DNA of 64,000 nucleotides, from the NCBI RefSeq assembly GCF_006345805.1, contig NC_043004.1, positions 4,092,001-4,156,000 of the forward strand, written 5' to 3'. Source of the stretch: Octopus sinensis. Lineage: Eukaryota. Below the pieces are notes generated by a model that saw only the letters and a list, made by a program, of their open reading frames with translations, was not told the DNA's origin and did no database searches. Below are positions 39,241-53,430 of the stretch, in pieces (position 1 is the first letter of the stretch; each line of letters opens with the position of its first letter). Made by a program: the position numbers and the translations under genes.

Positions 39241-40116
39241 TTGACTATCGATAATGTAACATATTATTGTATAGATAAATTTCCTTATTTTTACAATATT
39301 GAGGTCTCTTTCTCTTTTGTTATCTTACCGTTTTACCAATATATATATATATATATATACATTTGCATGCACACACACATCACACACATATAATATAAAT
39401 AAGATATAATTAAATTTTGAAATGAAAGCAGCTCTAATAATGTAAACACTGTAGGTCGCATGTAAATAATGTGTATGAGTTTCGTTTATACGCCAATACA
39501 TACATATGACAAAATACTTGTTACGGTGAGTGTGAATGTATGCCTGTATGAGTATACATGTATATGTTTATGTATCTGTATGCGTATATTTATATGTATA
39601 AGTGTCTAATAATATATAATATATATAATATATATATATATATATAGTATATATATATTAATATTATATATATTATAATTATATGTAAGCATCACCATGT
39701 GTATACAGGATAGGAAGTTGCGTTGCATATATACGTATATATATATTATATATAATATATATATTATATATATATTATATATATATATATATTATAATAA
39801 TAATAATAATATTAGGAGTAAATCAAACTTACAGGGAAAAATTAGATTTAGGATTAAATCAAATTTCACAGTATAAATATAAATTATATTAGAGATAAAA
39901 CCACCGTTAGGCAAATCAAATAGTGAAAGACATAAACCAAAACATAAAAATAAATATGATTAATATAATATACAAAATATATAAAATATAAAATTTTAAA
40001 TTAAATTATTTAAATTTAAATTTTTTTTATTTATATTTGTAATTTTTTTTAATAATTTTTTTTTTAATAACTATCAAAAAAGGTATTAAAAAGTTTAATA
40101 TAATATAATAAGTAAA

Positions 40117-40214
40117 ACCACTACGTACGTTTCATAGCCATAACCCAATTCGAATTACAATAATTTAAATTCAATTAAAAATTCGAATTATAATCTTAGT
40201 CAATCTTCAGGTTA
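40117..40214 (-). ncRNA. Hammerhead motif with intact core but eroded stems I and II
   Basis: Minus AAC-CTGAAGA-...-GGCTAT-GAAA-CGTACG-TA-GTGG; palindrome ACGTACGT. Confidence 0.55.
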
Positions 40215-40673
40215 AAGATAATAGTTAAATAAATAAGCAAATATATATAAAATTCCAAATTAAAATATTTAAATTAAAGTTAAAATTTAAAAATTATTGA
40301 AATAATTTAAACTTATAAATTTTAATATATATATATATATATATATATTTATTATTATTTTATTTTTTTTATTATATAACTATCAAAAAGTATTAAAAGT
40401 TTAATATAAGATATTTTAAAGAGTAAAAACACAATAAAATGGAATACTCCAGATGGGTGATAAAAAATTAAATTATAGAAAAGACTATTGTCTATAAAGT
40501 ATACAATGTAGAGAAAAAAGAAGAGCTAATAATTCCAGTCTGTTATATATTTTGAGTATTGTTATCACTAGCGATATCAAGATATAACTTTGTATTTTGC
40601 ATTTTATGTGTAGATGTATATATATAGATGTACATGGAATATGTACCCATATATATAACACATATATACATGC

Positions 40674-40713
40674 ACTAGCACTATGACCAGGCAACGACGG
40701 GTCTTTAATCTAG
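40674..40713 (+). mobile_element. Isolated Helitron-type 3' terminus
   Basis: Imperfect hairpin GACCAGGC-AAC-GACGGGTC then TTTAAT-CTAG|T. Confidence 0.5.
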
Positions 40714-41560
40714 TATATATTATATAATCTATATATATATATATATAGATATATATATATATAATATATTATATATATATAATATATATATATAGATATA
40801 TAATCATGTATGTATTTCTGTGTGAGTTAGAGGTTGAGGGACCCAACTAAGGGATAATACCTATCCAATATATTGCTAATAGTGTGCCCAATTATTCATA
40901 CCTAAGTGCTAGTTATTGTGTGGCAATCTCGCAATTGAGTATTATATCTGGTGGGGGTAGAAGAGTATTTACCCATGATTTATACGGCAAATAAGAAAAC
41001 AGAGAGGATATAAAGTCGACAGACACCAGCCAGTAAACATTGAAGTATGTCTATTCAAATGTAAAGGATGAATACACACTCATGTATGAGTGATACAGAT
41101 TAGCGAGTGAGAAAAGCTGGTAACTGCAAGGACAAGGGTGTGAATAACATATAAGTATATAGAAACAAATGAGCAACTGAGTGAATGAATAAATGAGTGA
41201 AAATCTAAATGGGTTGTGCAAGTACTAGTTGGAAAAATAGAGAAATAACTGAAAAATAACTGATATTACTGATATTTCTAAACTAATGTAAAATGGCAAG
41301 AAAAATGTATAATTCTAAAATTATTGTAACTATCATCATCATAATTATCATCATCATCATCAACAATATATTCAGCAATGTTAACAATATCATCATCGTC
41401 ATCATTCATCAACGTATAAATGTATACATGTGTGTATATATATATATATAATATGTATATATATACTCATATGTATGTATATCTATATACACATGTATAT
41501 ATATACCTATATGTGCGTATTGTGTGTGTGCGTGTGTGTGTGTGTGTGTGTGGTCTGTGT

Positions 41561-41597
<37 letters not shown>

Positions 41598-42126
41598 TCG
41601 GTATGTATGATTAAAATCAACACTTTATTTTATCTTTATTTTTCAATCTGAAAGTAGCGATAGTCGATAAAAAAAAACTTTGAAAAAGCTGTGAATTTGC
41701 AAAAACCTGAATATTTATCTGCGAAAGCGATTCTATTCTCTGGTTTATTTCTACATATTTGTGAATAGAGAAATACACTAAATAAATAATGGTTAATACT
41801 GTTTTATGCTATTGTCTCATGGCATTCTAAGACTTTTGCGTTATGATTTCGAACCAATTATATATAGCTTGTGACGTCACACTATTTAAAACACTTTCAT
41901 TATGACGTCATCTTACTGTCAGTTTGTTTTTTATATTATCTATACATATAAATTTGACATGGGCGATTCTTTCTTGTCTTGGGATTCTCGGTCAAACGGC
42001 TGCGTGGAATTGCGCGAAAAATTACACAAATGTGTAGAATGATCCAGTGCTGTTGCTGGGCTTTGTATTTTTTCATAGCACCCTTGGTTACCGAGATAAT
42101 CTACTATAATAATACTCTTGTGTTTA

Positions 42127-42226
42127 NNNNNNNNNNNNNNNNNNNNNNNNNNNNNNNNNNNNNNNNNNNNNNNNNNNNNNNNNNNNNNNNNNNNNNNNNN
42201 NNNNNNNNNNNNNNNNNNNNNNNNNN
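42127..42226. other. Assembly gap (100 N)
   Basis: Direct reading. Confidence 1.
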
Positions 42227-42359
42227 GTATGTATGTAAAAATATGTAACGCATACGTACATATGTATAAGCACTCACGTACATCTATGTATGATTATACA
42301 TATTTATACTCTTTATATACGCATGCACACGTTTATATTACACATATACATTATATCAA

Positions 42360-42418
<59 letters not shown>

Positions 42419-42699
42419 TACATATACACATATATAATGCATATAAACATGTACATTTACATATATACATGTATTTACATATACATATATATATTATATA
42501 TATATATATATATAATATATATATTATATATATATAATGTAAGTACATGTATATATGTAATTATATATATATTATATATTATTATATATATATATATACA
42601 ACATACACGCATGCATCTATATATATATACACTCATATATTACGTGTATTCAGTGTGGGCATGTAGATGTTTGTGTGTATGTATATGTATATGTTATGT

Positions 42700-42732
<33 letters not shown>

Positions 42733-42806
42733 GTATGTATGTATGTATATGTAACATATTTATACAACAACAAACACTCACATATATTATATATATATAT
42801 ATATAG

Positions 42807-42841
<35 letters not shown>

Positions 42842-43540
42842 TATAGAAGACGAGAGAGTGAGAGAGAGAGAGAGAGAGACGTACACCTTCTCTATAGGCC
42901 ATAATTAGTGAGAAGCTGGTTTACCGGCGGAAAACTAGATCGATCGTTGTTAGTCGAGTTAAAACGGATAGGAGTGAGTAACGGTAACAGCAGGAAAACG
43001 GAGAGTGAGCCAAAAGTTGTGGGTCTATCTGATTGGGAGACAGAACGGAATTAATGGCAAGAAATAGCTTAAAGTGATGGTGGTGGCCGCGGCGGCGAGA
43101 AATATAGGAAGCGTGTGTATGTGTGTGTCTTAGTGTGTGCATATGTCTTAGTGAGTGTGTTTGTGTGTATTAGCCGTATGTGTATGTTTGTCTTAGTGTG
43201 TATGTATGTATGTATGTATGTATGTATGTATGTATGTATGTATGTATGTATGCATGTATGTGTGTGTGTGTGTCTTAGTAAGCAGTTGTGTTTGTTTTTG
43301 TGTGTGTATGTGTATATATGTGTGTATGTGTGTATGTGTGTGCGTGCGTTTCAGTCGGGGAAAGCAATGGATGGCCGGCTACGTGACCAAATGTTAGTTT
43401 TCGTGCAAATCACAGCTATCAGAACATAAGTTAGAGGTTAATACGACTAAACAGCCAACAGCAATTTACGAACACATACGCACCAACACCAACCACGCCA
43501 CGACGACCGCCACCACCACCACCGCCACCGCCATCATCAT

Positions 43541-43573
<33 letters not shown>

Positions 43574-44339
43574 GTAGTCATCAATAGCAACAACAATCTG
43601 CCATAATACCAAAGTTGCTATAACTAGTGTCTATACGTATTGCAGCATCGCTCACTACTATTTCGGTTCTTCAGCTTCTTCTTCTTCTTCTTTCTTCCTT
43701 TCACCTACCAAACCAACCCACTACTAACCTGCTATGCATGCATCAGACGTGTCCAGGACACGAACTGCGGCGATTATCTAGAAACATTTTAGTGAGGAAG
43801 TTTGATGAGAGTATTTGAAGAGATTTGAGATGTGAAATAATTCAAGTTGAAATGTCTATCGGTTTTTGGCGGTCATTCAGTTAAAGTACCCAGCTTTAGA
43901 TTCGTTTTAGTTGAGATAAGATTTAGTAGTGGCGGCCAGATCTGTTGCAATGAAATAAGAATAAAGATAAGAGCTCTCGACAAACAGATTTCCAATTTTT
44001 GTGATCCGGTTTCGAATCAAGGGCGAAGCCATTTCGCTTTCATCATCATCATCATCATCATCATCGTCATCATCATCGTAATCAACTCCGTCGTCGTTGT
44101 CGATTTAACGTCTACTTTTTCATGCTTGCATGTGTCGAGTGGAATTCCTTGAATCGAGTTTTCTACAGCCTGATGCCTTCCCTATCGCCAACCCTTGTTT
44201 GTTTCCAAGTAAAGTAATATTTCGCCATGATTGGAAGCGAAGGTCGCCACCTACATGTCGATGACACTACTTTACAACTATTACGCAATGTCAAAGCAAG
44301 GAGACAGTTCCAATTGCACTCACGCACACGCAAGCACAC

Positions 44340-44700
44340 ACAAACACACACACACACATATACTACATCCTTTGTACGATGTGGAGAATATACCACCAGC
44401 ATTGCCCAAATGACCTGAACATTAGTTTCAAAATTCATCCAAGGCTGGGACCACGGGCCATACGTCCCCTGCCCAATTCAAGATCACAACATATAGATAC
44501 ACTGCCACATAATTTCTTTTCCTCAACAGGCCCTGCCCTGTTTAACATTGTCCCAAAACTGATCATCGAGGAAAAGGATCCCATCACCTTTAAACAGTGT
44601 CTGGACAGATTTCTTCAAGGAATACCAGATAAGCCACCTATACCTGGATACAACTCACACAAGAACTCCCTACTCAAATGGACCATGATACCACAAAACT
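44340..44700 (+). mobile_element. CR1-clade LINE 3' fragment
   Basis: MWRIYHQHCPNDLNISFKIHPRLGPRAIRP..FSSTGPALFNIVPK, homologous to 18261-18540. Confidence 0.85.
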
Positions 44701-44704
44701 TGAC

Positions 44705-44904
44705 TTAAAAAGGATTTAGATAATCCTATCAGATGATGCTATTAAGTTAGACATGGCCTGGACCAATCTTTGGTCGAAACATCTACGTTTTATCTCGGTT
44801 TATATATATATATATATAAGCTTAAATATGTTTCGACCAACGATTGGTCCAGGTCATGTCTAACTTAATAGCACCACCTGATAGGATTATCTAAATCCTT
44901 TTAA
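44705..44904. repeat. Inverted repeat with ~78-bp arms (44705-44782 and 44828-44904) around a (TA)n-containing spacer
   Basis: Arms differ at about 5 positions. Confidence 0.95.
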
Positions 44905-45529
44905 AATTTTGTGGTGTCGTGGTCCATTCGAGTAGGGAGTTCTTGCAGAGTGAGTTGTATCCATACATACACACATACGTATTCACACTTACACACGACA
45001 GACTTTAGTCACAAGGCTTTGGCCGACCCGGAGTCTGTGATAGAAGACACTTACCGAAGGTGCCCTACAATGAAACAGGACCCGAAACCATGTAATTGGG
45101 AAATAAACTTTTTACCACACAATAAAACTAGCAAGAAAATGAACCCCATTCTAATCACCATTCTGTTTGAAGTGAAATCTAAATAAACGAATCCTCCACG
45201 AGGTACAACGCTTTATATTATAGTTCTTCAGTCGACATATATATTGTATCCCAAAAACTCTTGTGCTCTTGGCATAAACTTCGTGAATATTTTATATAAC
45301 ACTGCGTACGAGAAAGCTAATGCCTTTAAATTGCAAATACAGTTTATTGGATAGGATTCCACGCAGTCAGTTAACCCAACTTCACTTACAAGACCTAGTT
45401 CAAACTCGGGCTACATCAGAAGACATTTGCAAACAGTACCATACTAATAGGATCAAAGCTATTCTCTAGTTTTTTTTCGGTTATTTGTATATATATACAT
45501 TTTCTGTTTTGTTTTTTGTTTTGTTTTCT

Positions 45530-45735
45530 ACTCTAGGCACAAGATCCGAAATTTTGTGAGGGGGGACCAGTAGATTAGATCGACCCCAGTACGCAACTGG
45601 TACTTAATTTATCGACCTCGAAAGGATGAAAGGCAAAGTCGACCTTGGCGGGATTTGAACTCAGAACATAAAGACAGACGAAATACAGCTAAGCATTTCA
45701 GCCGGTGTGCTAACGATTCTGCCAGCTCGCCGCCA
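45530..45735 (-). mobile_element. SINE family A
   Basis: Reverse complement matches the 36731 copy. Confidence 0.9.
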
Positions 45736-46329
45736 TACGGATGAACTAATAATAATGTATGTATGTATGTATGTATGCATGTATGTATGTATGTATGTAT
45801 GTATGTATGTATGTATGTATGTATGTATGTATATATGTAAGTATGTGGGGGTGGTCACTTCAATAAACACGTATGGACTTTGCTCAAAAGAAAATAGACG
45901 CTAGGGCAGAAGGATTATTTGTACAAGGGCTACAAATTGTTGAGTGATATTATAGAAAGTATGAAAGACAGACAGACAAATTTGACCTCAGCGGGATTTG
46001 AAATCAAAACATAAGGAACTGTAACTGAATCTGTTCTAAAGCAATAATAAAAAAAAAAAGGAAATGAAAAACAATTGTTTTGCTTTGTTTTTAACAAATT
46101 CCAGACATTTGTATTGACTATATAAATCGATATGTCTGTCGCTGTTTTCAGATTCTTGTATTGAATAACCAAATCATATTAATCGGTAACAACAAGCCAA
46201 TGAGCTGACCAGCTACGTGGTTTGTCGACGTGTTATAAAAAGTAGCTAAGCCTCCTTCAAATCCTACTCATCCGTTTTAAGGAAGGTTCCACTTGACAGT
46301 ATGGTTAGCCCACATTACTCTGTAAGAAG

Positions 46330-46545
46330 CACTGGACCGGTTTTCCCGATTACACTGGCGTATACATTTCCTCCAACCCCATCCTGGACGGGATACTGGT
46401 CCGTCGCAGAATAACTAATTCTTTACCAGCTGAGTGGAATGGAGCAACCACAATCTTACGATCATCGAAACCAGGAATTGAAACCATATTCTTGCGATCA
46501 TGACTCCGACACCCTGATCACTATGCCATACGCCTCTACTTCGAC
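46330..46545 (-). mobile_element. SINE family C
   Basis: Minus AGGCGTATGGCATAGTGATCAGG..GGTTTCAATTCC..CCACTCAGCTG. Confidence 0.65.
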
Positions 46546-46879
46546 AGTATAGTCCCTCATAAATGAAAGGCTTGGCTCACCGCAGCTGTTGTACTTTTAA
46601 TCATAGGTCTGTTCGACCAGAGCTAACCTGGGACTTACCACGAAAAACAACTGCAACTTCTACAAAACGATTTTTTTACAATATGTCTACTCTCCCTTCC
46701 TCCTCTTCCTCCAACACTCAGACACGCCTCTAACACTCAAAGATCATTACTAATTTACTATACCACACTTCGTTTTCTGTCGACTTGTCTGGCAAGATGA
46801 CATTCACACTACATTTCCCGTTAAACATTGTATTTATGTTGTCTTATTCCATTATTATTTCTTGAAAGTTACTAAAACA

Positions 46880-47150
46880 CCTCTTCTCAGACGGATAAAT
46901 GGATTTACGTAGGATCAGCAACCCTTCATAGCAAAAAGCAAAGTTACAGAAGCATGGAGGACAATCCAAAAACCAACCAGTCAGGGAGAGGAACGTCTTC
47001 CCTCGGGGAAATCATATGATGCGGGATACTGGGGCAAAATTGAAATAGCAGGGATCCAGCTGGAAAAAAGCAGAAAAGACAGCCTAGAGTCGAGAGAAGT
47101 GGAGATAAGTTGTCGATGACCTATGCTCCGTACGGAGCGAAAGGCTTAAT
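46880..47150 (+). mobile_element. RTE-type LINE 3' end fragment
   Basis: Ends in a W..VVDDLCSVRSE-type terminus. Confidence 0.6.
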
Positions 47151-48552
47151 GGAAAAAAATGGACTTCGCTGGCAATTTATTTCAACTTCGGTAAGATGGA
47201 AGGCAAGCAAAAAATTCCAATGAAATCAACTTTGCCTTTCATCCGTCTATGGTCGTTATAATAAAATACCAATAAAATACTGGGATCTATACAATTAATT
47301 GTTCCCTTCTGCTAAAATTTGAGACCCTGTGCTAATATAAACACAAAAAAAAACTATCGGTTTTACGTGGCGTTGTTCCATCATTACGTCTTTGTAAGCC
47401 AAACAACATCTAAGATCGCCGCACTTCTCGGGAGTACTATGGCCGTTTGAGTGATTTACTGTTAATTTTCGTACAACATTTTTAGCTGTATCTCATTTTA
47501 AACAGCCTGGTAAATATCAATATGAGCTGGCAGAACTGTTAGCACGTCGGAAAAAATGCTTTACAGCATTTCTTCCTGTTGTTTACGTTCTGTGTTCGAA
47601 TCCCGCCGAGGTCAACTTAGCTTTTCATCCCCTTCACGGTCGATAAAATAAAGTACCTTAAACCCTGCAACAGACTCGGTATCCCGTTCGAGGGGAATAT
47701 TGCGATTTCGGTCACTTATTCGCCATGGAAACCGGCTAACCAGCCTCTCTAACTACTAGGCCATGTGCCTTCACTCTGTAATATATTGGTTGACACAAAA
47801 CTAAATGCGTATTCTCGAATAAGAAAGATAAGCCAATGTGAGTGTCTTTACCTGGCTGCTCCATCTGCTAGAAATAGCAGCCAAATCTCCTTCATATCAA
47901 AGTTGAATGTATTTTTAAAATGTTAGACATATTGGATGATGTAATCTGACAGGAATGCTATGGGTAAAACGACTTTCATTACTGGGTTGCTCGTTCAAGA
48001 CTAATATAGAATGAACAAAAACTTCCTACAAACCTCAGTAAAGCTTTTCAGTTAAGGTGCGAACAAATTACACAGCCGACATACAATCTAGAACAGTTAT
48101 CATGATCGTCCGCTTTAAAATCTATCAAAATATCCTAAGATAACCAATGCGTAATATCTAAAGAGAAATTAAAATATGTTTTTAGACAATAAGCATTCAA
48201 AAGTAGGCCAGCTGTACAGAAAGAAGTTATTTCATTTGTGTTGCCGGAGAAATTTTTTTTTTTTTTAAGAATGAAATGCTTGTCACTAAAGATTCTCTAA
48301 TCGTCAATCACACACACAATAGTTTTCTAGAGGATACGGAAGTTGGAGATTTTAGATTACGAAAAGTAGCTTCCGTTCATTTTCTCATGACAAGTGTATA
48401 AAAAGTGTTATAAAGGTCGAAATGAAACTGATTCCTTGCGGAAATGTTCCATGATGGTCGAATGGACAAAATGTTTCGTATATACCCCCTACTCCTGACA
48501 AAATTACACCAGATTGACAATCGGCTACAAAAGAAATCTACGACTGAAACAG

Positions 48553-48633
<81 letters not shown>

Positions 48634-48884
48634 CTCTCTCATCTCTCTCTCTCTCTCTATATATATACATATATATATATTATATATATTATATATATAT
48701 TAAATAATCTTTAAACTTCAATCTTTACCGTCAATTTTAGTGGCTTTCCGGTGGCATAATGTGCCAGACAACATACTTATGCATAAACCACGAACGTTTA
48801 TAATGGCTTCTTATTCTTTTCTTACGGTTGTTGTTGTGTTGTTGTTTGTTGCTCGCTTAACTTTTGCCTTTTTTACACTAATTT

Positions 48885-48904
48885 TAATAATAATAATAAT
48901 AATA

Positions 48905-48953
<49 letters not shown>

Positions 48954-49073
48954 GGATAATGATAATGATGATGATAATAATAATAATAATATAATAATAA
49001 TAATGATATAATAATAATAAAATTAATAATGAAAATAAATATTAATAATATTATAATAATAATACAATAATAA

Positions 49074-49105
<32 letters not shown>

Positions 49106-49370
49106 TAATAATAAATAATAATAATATAATTATTAATAATAATAATAATAATAACAATAATAATAATAATATTATATTAATAATGAGCATATAATATCAT
49201 AATATTATAATAATAATAACAATAATAGGAATATATGATGATGATCATAATAATTATTAATATATCATAATAATAATGCTTATTATTAATATACTATTAA
49301 TCATAATTAGTGCTAATATATAATATAATAATTATAATATGATAATAATAATAATGCTTATTATTATTAC
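48885..49370. repeat. (AAT)n/(GAT)n trinucleotide tract
   Basis: Direct reading. Confidence 0.95.
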
Positions 49371-49986
49371 CATTATAGTCATTTTCAGGTTTAGTATTAT
49401 TACCGTGGTTCGTGGTTAGTAGCAGTTATCTATTCAATTGGTGTTATTGGTATATTAGTCGTATGGTCGTGGTGAGGAGAGGTGGTGTCAATTGATGGTG
49501 GGAGTGTGGTGGGTGGTGGGGGGTGGTGTGGTGGTGGTTGCATTGGTGTCATATCGTGGTTGTGGTGATGGTATTGGTCCATTGTTGTAGTGGTGGTGGT
49601 GGTGATTTGGTGGTGGTGGTGATGGTGGTGTGGTGATAGTGGCGGTACCTCATCTTACTCTTCTGCGTCACCTCAACCTTCTTCGGCTTCAGTTCGAAAG
49701 CCAAAACCCAGGAATTCACTTGATCAAATGATGCTTAAATAGTTCAAGTCTTAATGATTTCCCGTCTGAGCTAAAACTGTGGCCGGAAACATCAGCTGAA
49801 GACAATCTGTCTCAAGAACTCTCTAAACATCTTTCAGCGGTGGTGCTGATGGTAAACGTGGTGACAGCGGTTAACGTGATGATGGTGATGACGGTGGTGG
49901 TGGTGGATGGAATCTGCAATATATTATAATATGCATATGTATGTATTTATCTATAATTTATATGTACGTATGCATGTAATACATAG

Positions 49987-50037
<51 letters not shown>

Positions 50038-50117
50038 GTGTGTGTGGTGTTTGTGCATATATATATGTACGTATATGTACTATATGTATATCTACATTAT
50101 ATATATATATTATAATA

Positions 50118-50156
<39 letters not shown>

Positions 50157-51045
50157 TAGATATATATATATATATATATATATATATCTTTATATTTATA
50201 TATTAGATAGAATGAGTATGTATATATACATACATACACACACACGCACACATATATATACAAATATGTATGTATGTATATTGAGAGAAAGAGAAGTCGA
50301 TGAGGAGAAGCGAGGCGCTCTTCAGACAGATGGTAACCACTCCATCAGGCTGTTTTCTGGCAGGTCTCCATTTTGGCAAATATTTCAACAAGCAAGCAGA
50401 GTAAAACGGATCGGAGGTAATTTTCGGTGTAGTGGATCGATTGGACGACAGTTGCATTTTAAAAAGGAAACCAAACAATAGTAGAATTGCAAATAATATA
50501 GGAAATAACGTGTCTTAATAAGGTCCCACCTCAATGAGAACAGGAGACAATAGTCGATTCAGGCAATGTGGCAAAGAAAGTAAGAAGGAAAGCATCACAG
50601 CTTTTGTACGAGAATCTCACAATGATATTTAAAATATCCTGCTAATGATGATATTAAAGCGGTGTCGACTTTAAACGATTTAATCAATAACCTAATTAGT
50701 TCGTTTGTGTCAACTAAGTTTACTCCTTAGCTATTGATGTCGACATCAAAATCAATAATAATTTGGTGTGTTTTGGGACCTATACTAAGATGGCGGCGAC
50801 CTGTTCGTGCGTGCGTGCGTTATGTATTGTGTATGCGCTTCGTGTGAGAACATCTGCATATGTGCGTGTGTTTGTGTGTATGTATGTCTGTGTATGTGTG
50901 TGGCTATCTGTCTATGCATCTCTAGATGAATGAATGTGGTGTGCGGTGAGAATGTTATATGTATGTGTATGTGTAAATGTCATGTGTAAACGACCACGCA
51001 GATTGAATGCATGCGGTGAACTGGTGTGTGTATGAATGTGTATGT

Positions 51046-51087
<42 letters not shown>

Positions 51088-51899
51088 ATTTAATAAAAGT
51101 GTATGCAAAGAGAAATTTATGAGTGAATATGCGGTATATCTGTGTGTATGTATATGCGTGTGTATATGTTTGGTATAAATGTAATTCGGAAAATGTGGGG
51201 TACAGAATGAACTTCAGTGTGAAAATATGTGGTTTTTGTCTCTGTGTGTGGTGGTGTGTGTGTGTGTTTGGTGTGTGTGTGGTGTGGTGTGTGTGTGTGT
51301 GCGTGTGTGTGTTTGTAGTTCGTATGAGTGTGTGTGTGTATATTTGTGTGTGGCTGTGTGTGTGAGTGTATGTGTGTAAGTCAGTGCATCATGTATGTGC
51401 AGAAAGACAGTGAAAGAAAAGAAGAAAGAAAGAAAAGAAAGAAAGAAAGAAAGAAAGAAAGAATGGCGAGTGTGGAAAGTGAAAGATTAGCATCGATATT
51501 TGTTCAACAAAGTTATCAGTTCAATCAAGTAGCGGATAATATTACCACTCGGGGAAGTGGAATCAAATATAATCTGATAGTAAAAAATAAATGGGTATTA
51601 GCAGACGACACACTGCTAACCGTCTCTTGTCTTCCGCTTTTAATCAGTTTGTCGAACGCTACAGAACTCCTCAAAAGTGAAGGTAGAAAGTTTGTGATTA
51701 TGCAATTTTTTTTTTTTTATTTATGTTGGAAAGATGTAGCAATGAATAAGTTTATGCTTTCTTCTTCTCTCTTTCTTTTTCACAATCTCCCTCTTTCTGC
51801 TACCCTACGCTCCTTTATCTGGTCTACCTTTTACCACCCTTTCTGTTGAGATGGAAACGGTCCAAGTTTTCTTTCTTTTCTTTCACATACACTTTTTAG

Positions 51900-51953
51900 A
51901 CAGACAGACAGGCAAGCAAGCAGGCAGACAGACGGACAGACGGACAGACGGAC

Positions 51954-52039
<86 letters not shown>

Positions 52040-52042
52040 GTA

Positions 52043-52109
<67 letters not shown>

Positions 52110-52130
52110 CACAGACAGACAGACAGATGG
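51900..52130. repeat. (GACA)n/(GATA)n tract
   Basis: Direct reading. Confidence 0.97.
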
Positions 52131-52396
52131 AAAGAGAGGGGAAAGAGAGAGAGAATGAGAGAGGGAGAGAAAGAGGGACAAATAGATAAACAGACAGACA
52201 CACACACACCCAGAAAGATAGATTGATAGATAGACAGTTAGATAGACGGATAGATCGATAAACAGACAGACAGACACACGCATACAGAGAGGGAGAGACA
52301 GACAGACAGACAGATTAACAGAGTGATAGATAGATAAATACATACGTACATATATACATACATAACATACATACATACATACATACAGTCTCCGAG

Positions 52397-52788
52397 TGGA
52401 TGTGTGGTAAGTAGCTTGCTTACCAACTACATGGTTCTGGGTTCAGTCCCACTGCGTGGCATCTTGGGCAAGTGTCTTCTGCTATAGCCTCGGGCCGACC
52501 AATGCCTTGTGAGTGGATTTGGTAGACGGAAACTGAAAGAAGCCTGTCGTATATATATGTATATATATGTATGTGTGTGTGTATATGTTTGTGTGTCTGT
52601 GTTTGTACCCCTAGCATTGCTTGACAACCGATGCTGGTGTGTTTACGTCCCCGTCACTTAGTGGTTCGGCAAAAGAGACCGATAGAATAAGTACTGGGCT
52701 TACAAAGAATAAGTCCCGGGGTCGATTTGCTCGACTAAAGGCGGTGCTCCAGCATGGCCACAGTCAAATGACTGAAACAAGTAAAAGA
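52397..52788 (+). mobile_element. SINE family B, full length, with an internal (TA/TG)n tract
   Basis: tRNA-like head GTGGTAAGTAGCTTGC..GGTTCAGTCCCA; tail GGGGTCGATTTGCTCGACTAAAGGCGGTGCTCCAGCATGGCC. Confidence 0.92.
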
Positions 52789-52791
52789 TAA

Positions 52792-52825
<34 letters not shown>

Positions 52826-53164
52826 GAATATACGGTGGAGCGCGAGCGCGTGTCAGTCCTTGTATGTGCTTGTATGTGTGCGCGCGCGCGCGTAAATATG
52901 TTTGAATGCATATATGTATATATATGTACATGTGTCTGAAAAGCTGTAAACAGCGAAAGTGTTTAACACAATACGAAAATTTCATTCCCGAAGGTTTGTA
53001 TCAATTCTTAATTTATTTCAGAAAATGTTTCTTCATACACACACAACACACACACACACACACATAAATGTTTATTTTTGTTGTTGTTGTTGTTGTTTTG
53101 TATACATATGTTTGTGTATACTTTGCACCTTTCACTAATTCAATCTCTCTTTTTCTCTCTCCAC

Positions 53165-53430
53165 TACGTTGACCAAAAATTCTATTCAAGAACTCGGTTG
53201 GGAAGTTCTACCGCGCCTATCGTATTCAGAGCATCACCTTCCACGGTCGCCTTCCAACATTCTGTAAGTAATTTCGTTTAACAACGACGTGGAGCTGACG
53301 AGGTGGCTCGATGGATCTTTGGAGGCAAGACACGGTGATTTCTGTCGTGAAGCCATTGACAAGCGAGTGGAACGTTGACAGAAAGTCGTGAACATTGAAG
53401 AATAATGTATTATTGACTGCGTTCTTAAAA
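53165..53430 (+). mobile_element. Mariner transposase C-terminal remnant
   Basis: IQELGWEVLPRLSYSE; FNNDVELTRWLD; AIDKRVER*QKVVNIEE. Confidence 0.88.

Noticed and set aside
51328-51849. 173-aa ORF
   Set aside because: Bridges (GT)n and (GAAA)n repeats; the unique part has no recognisable motif
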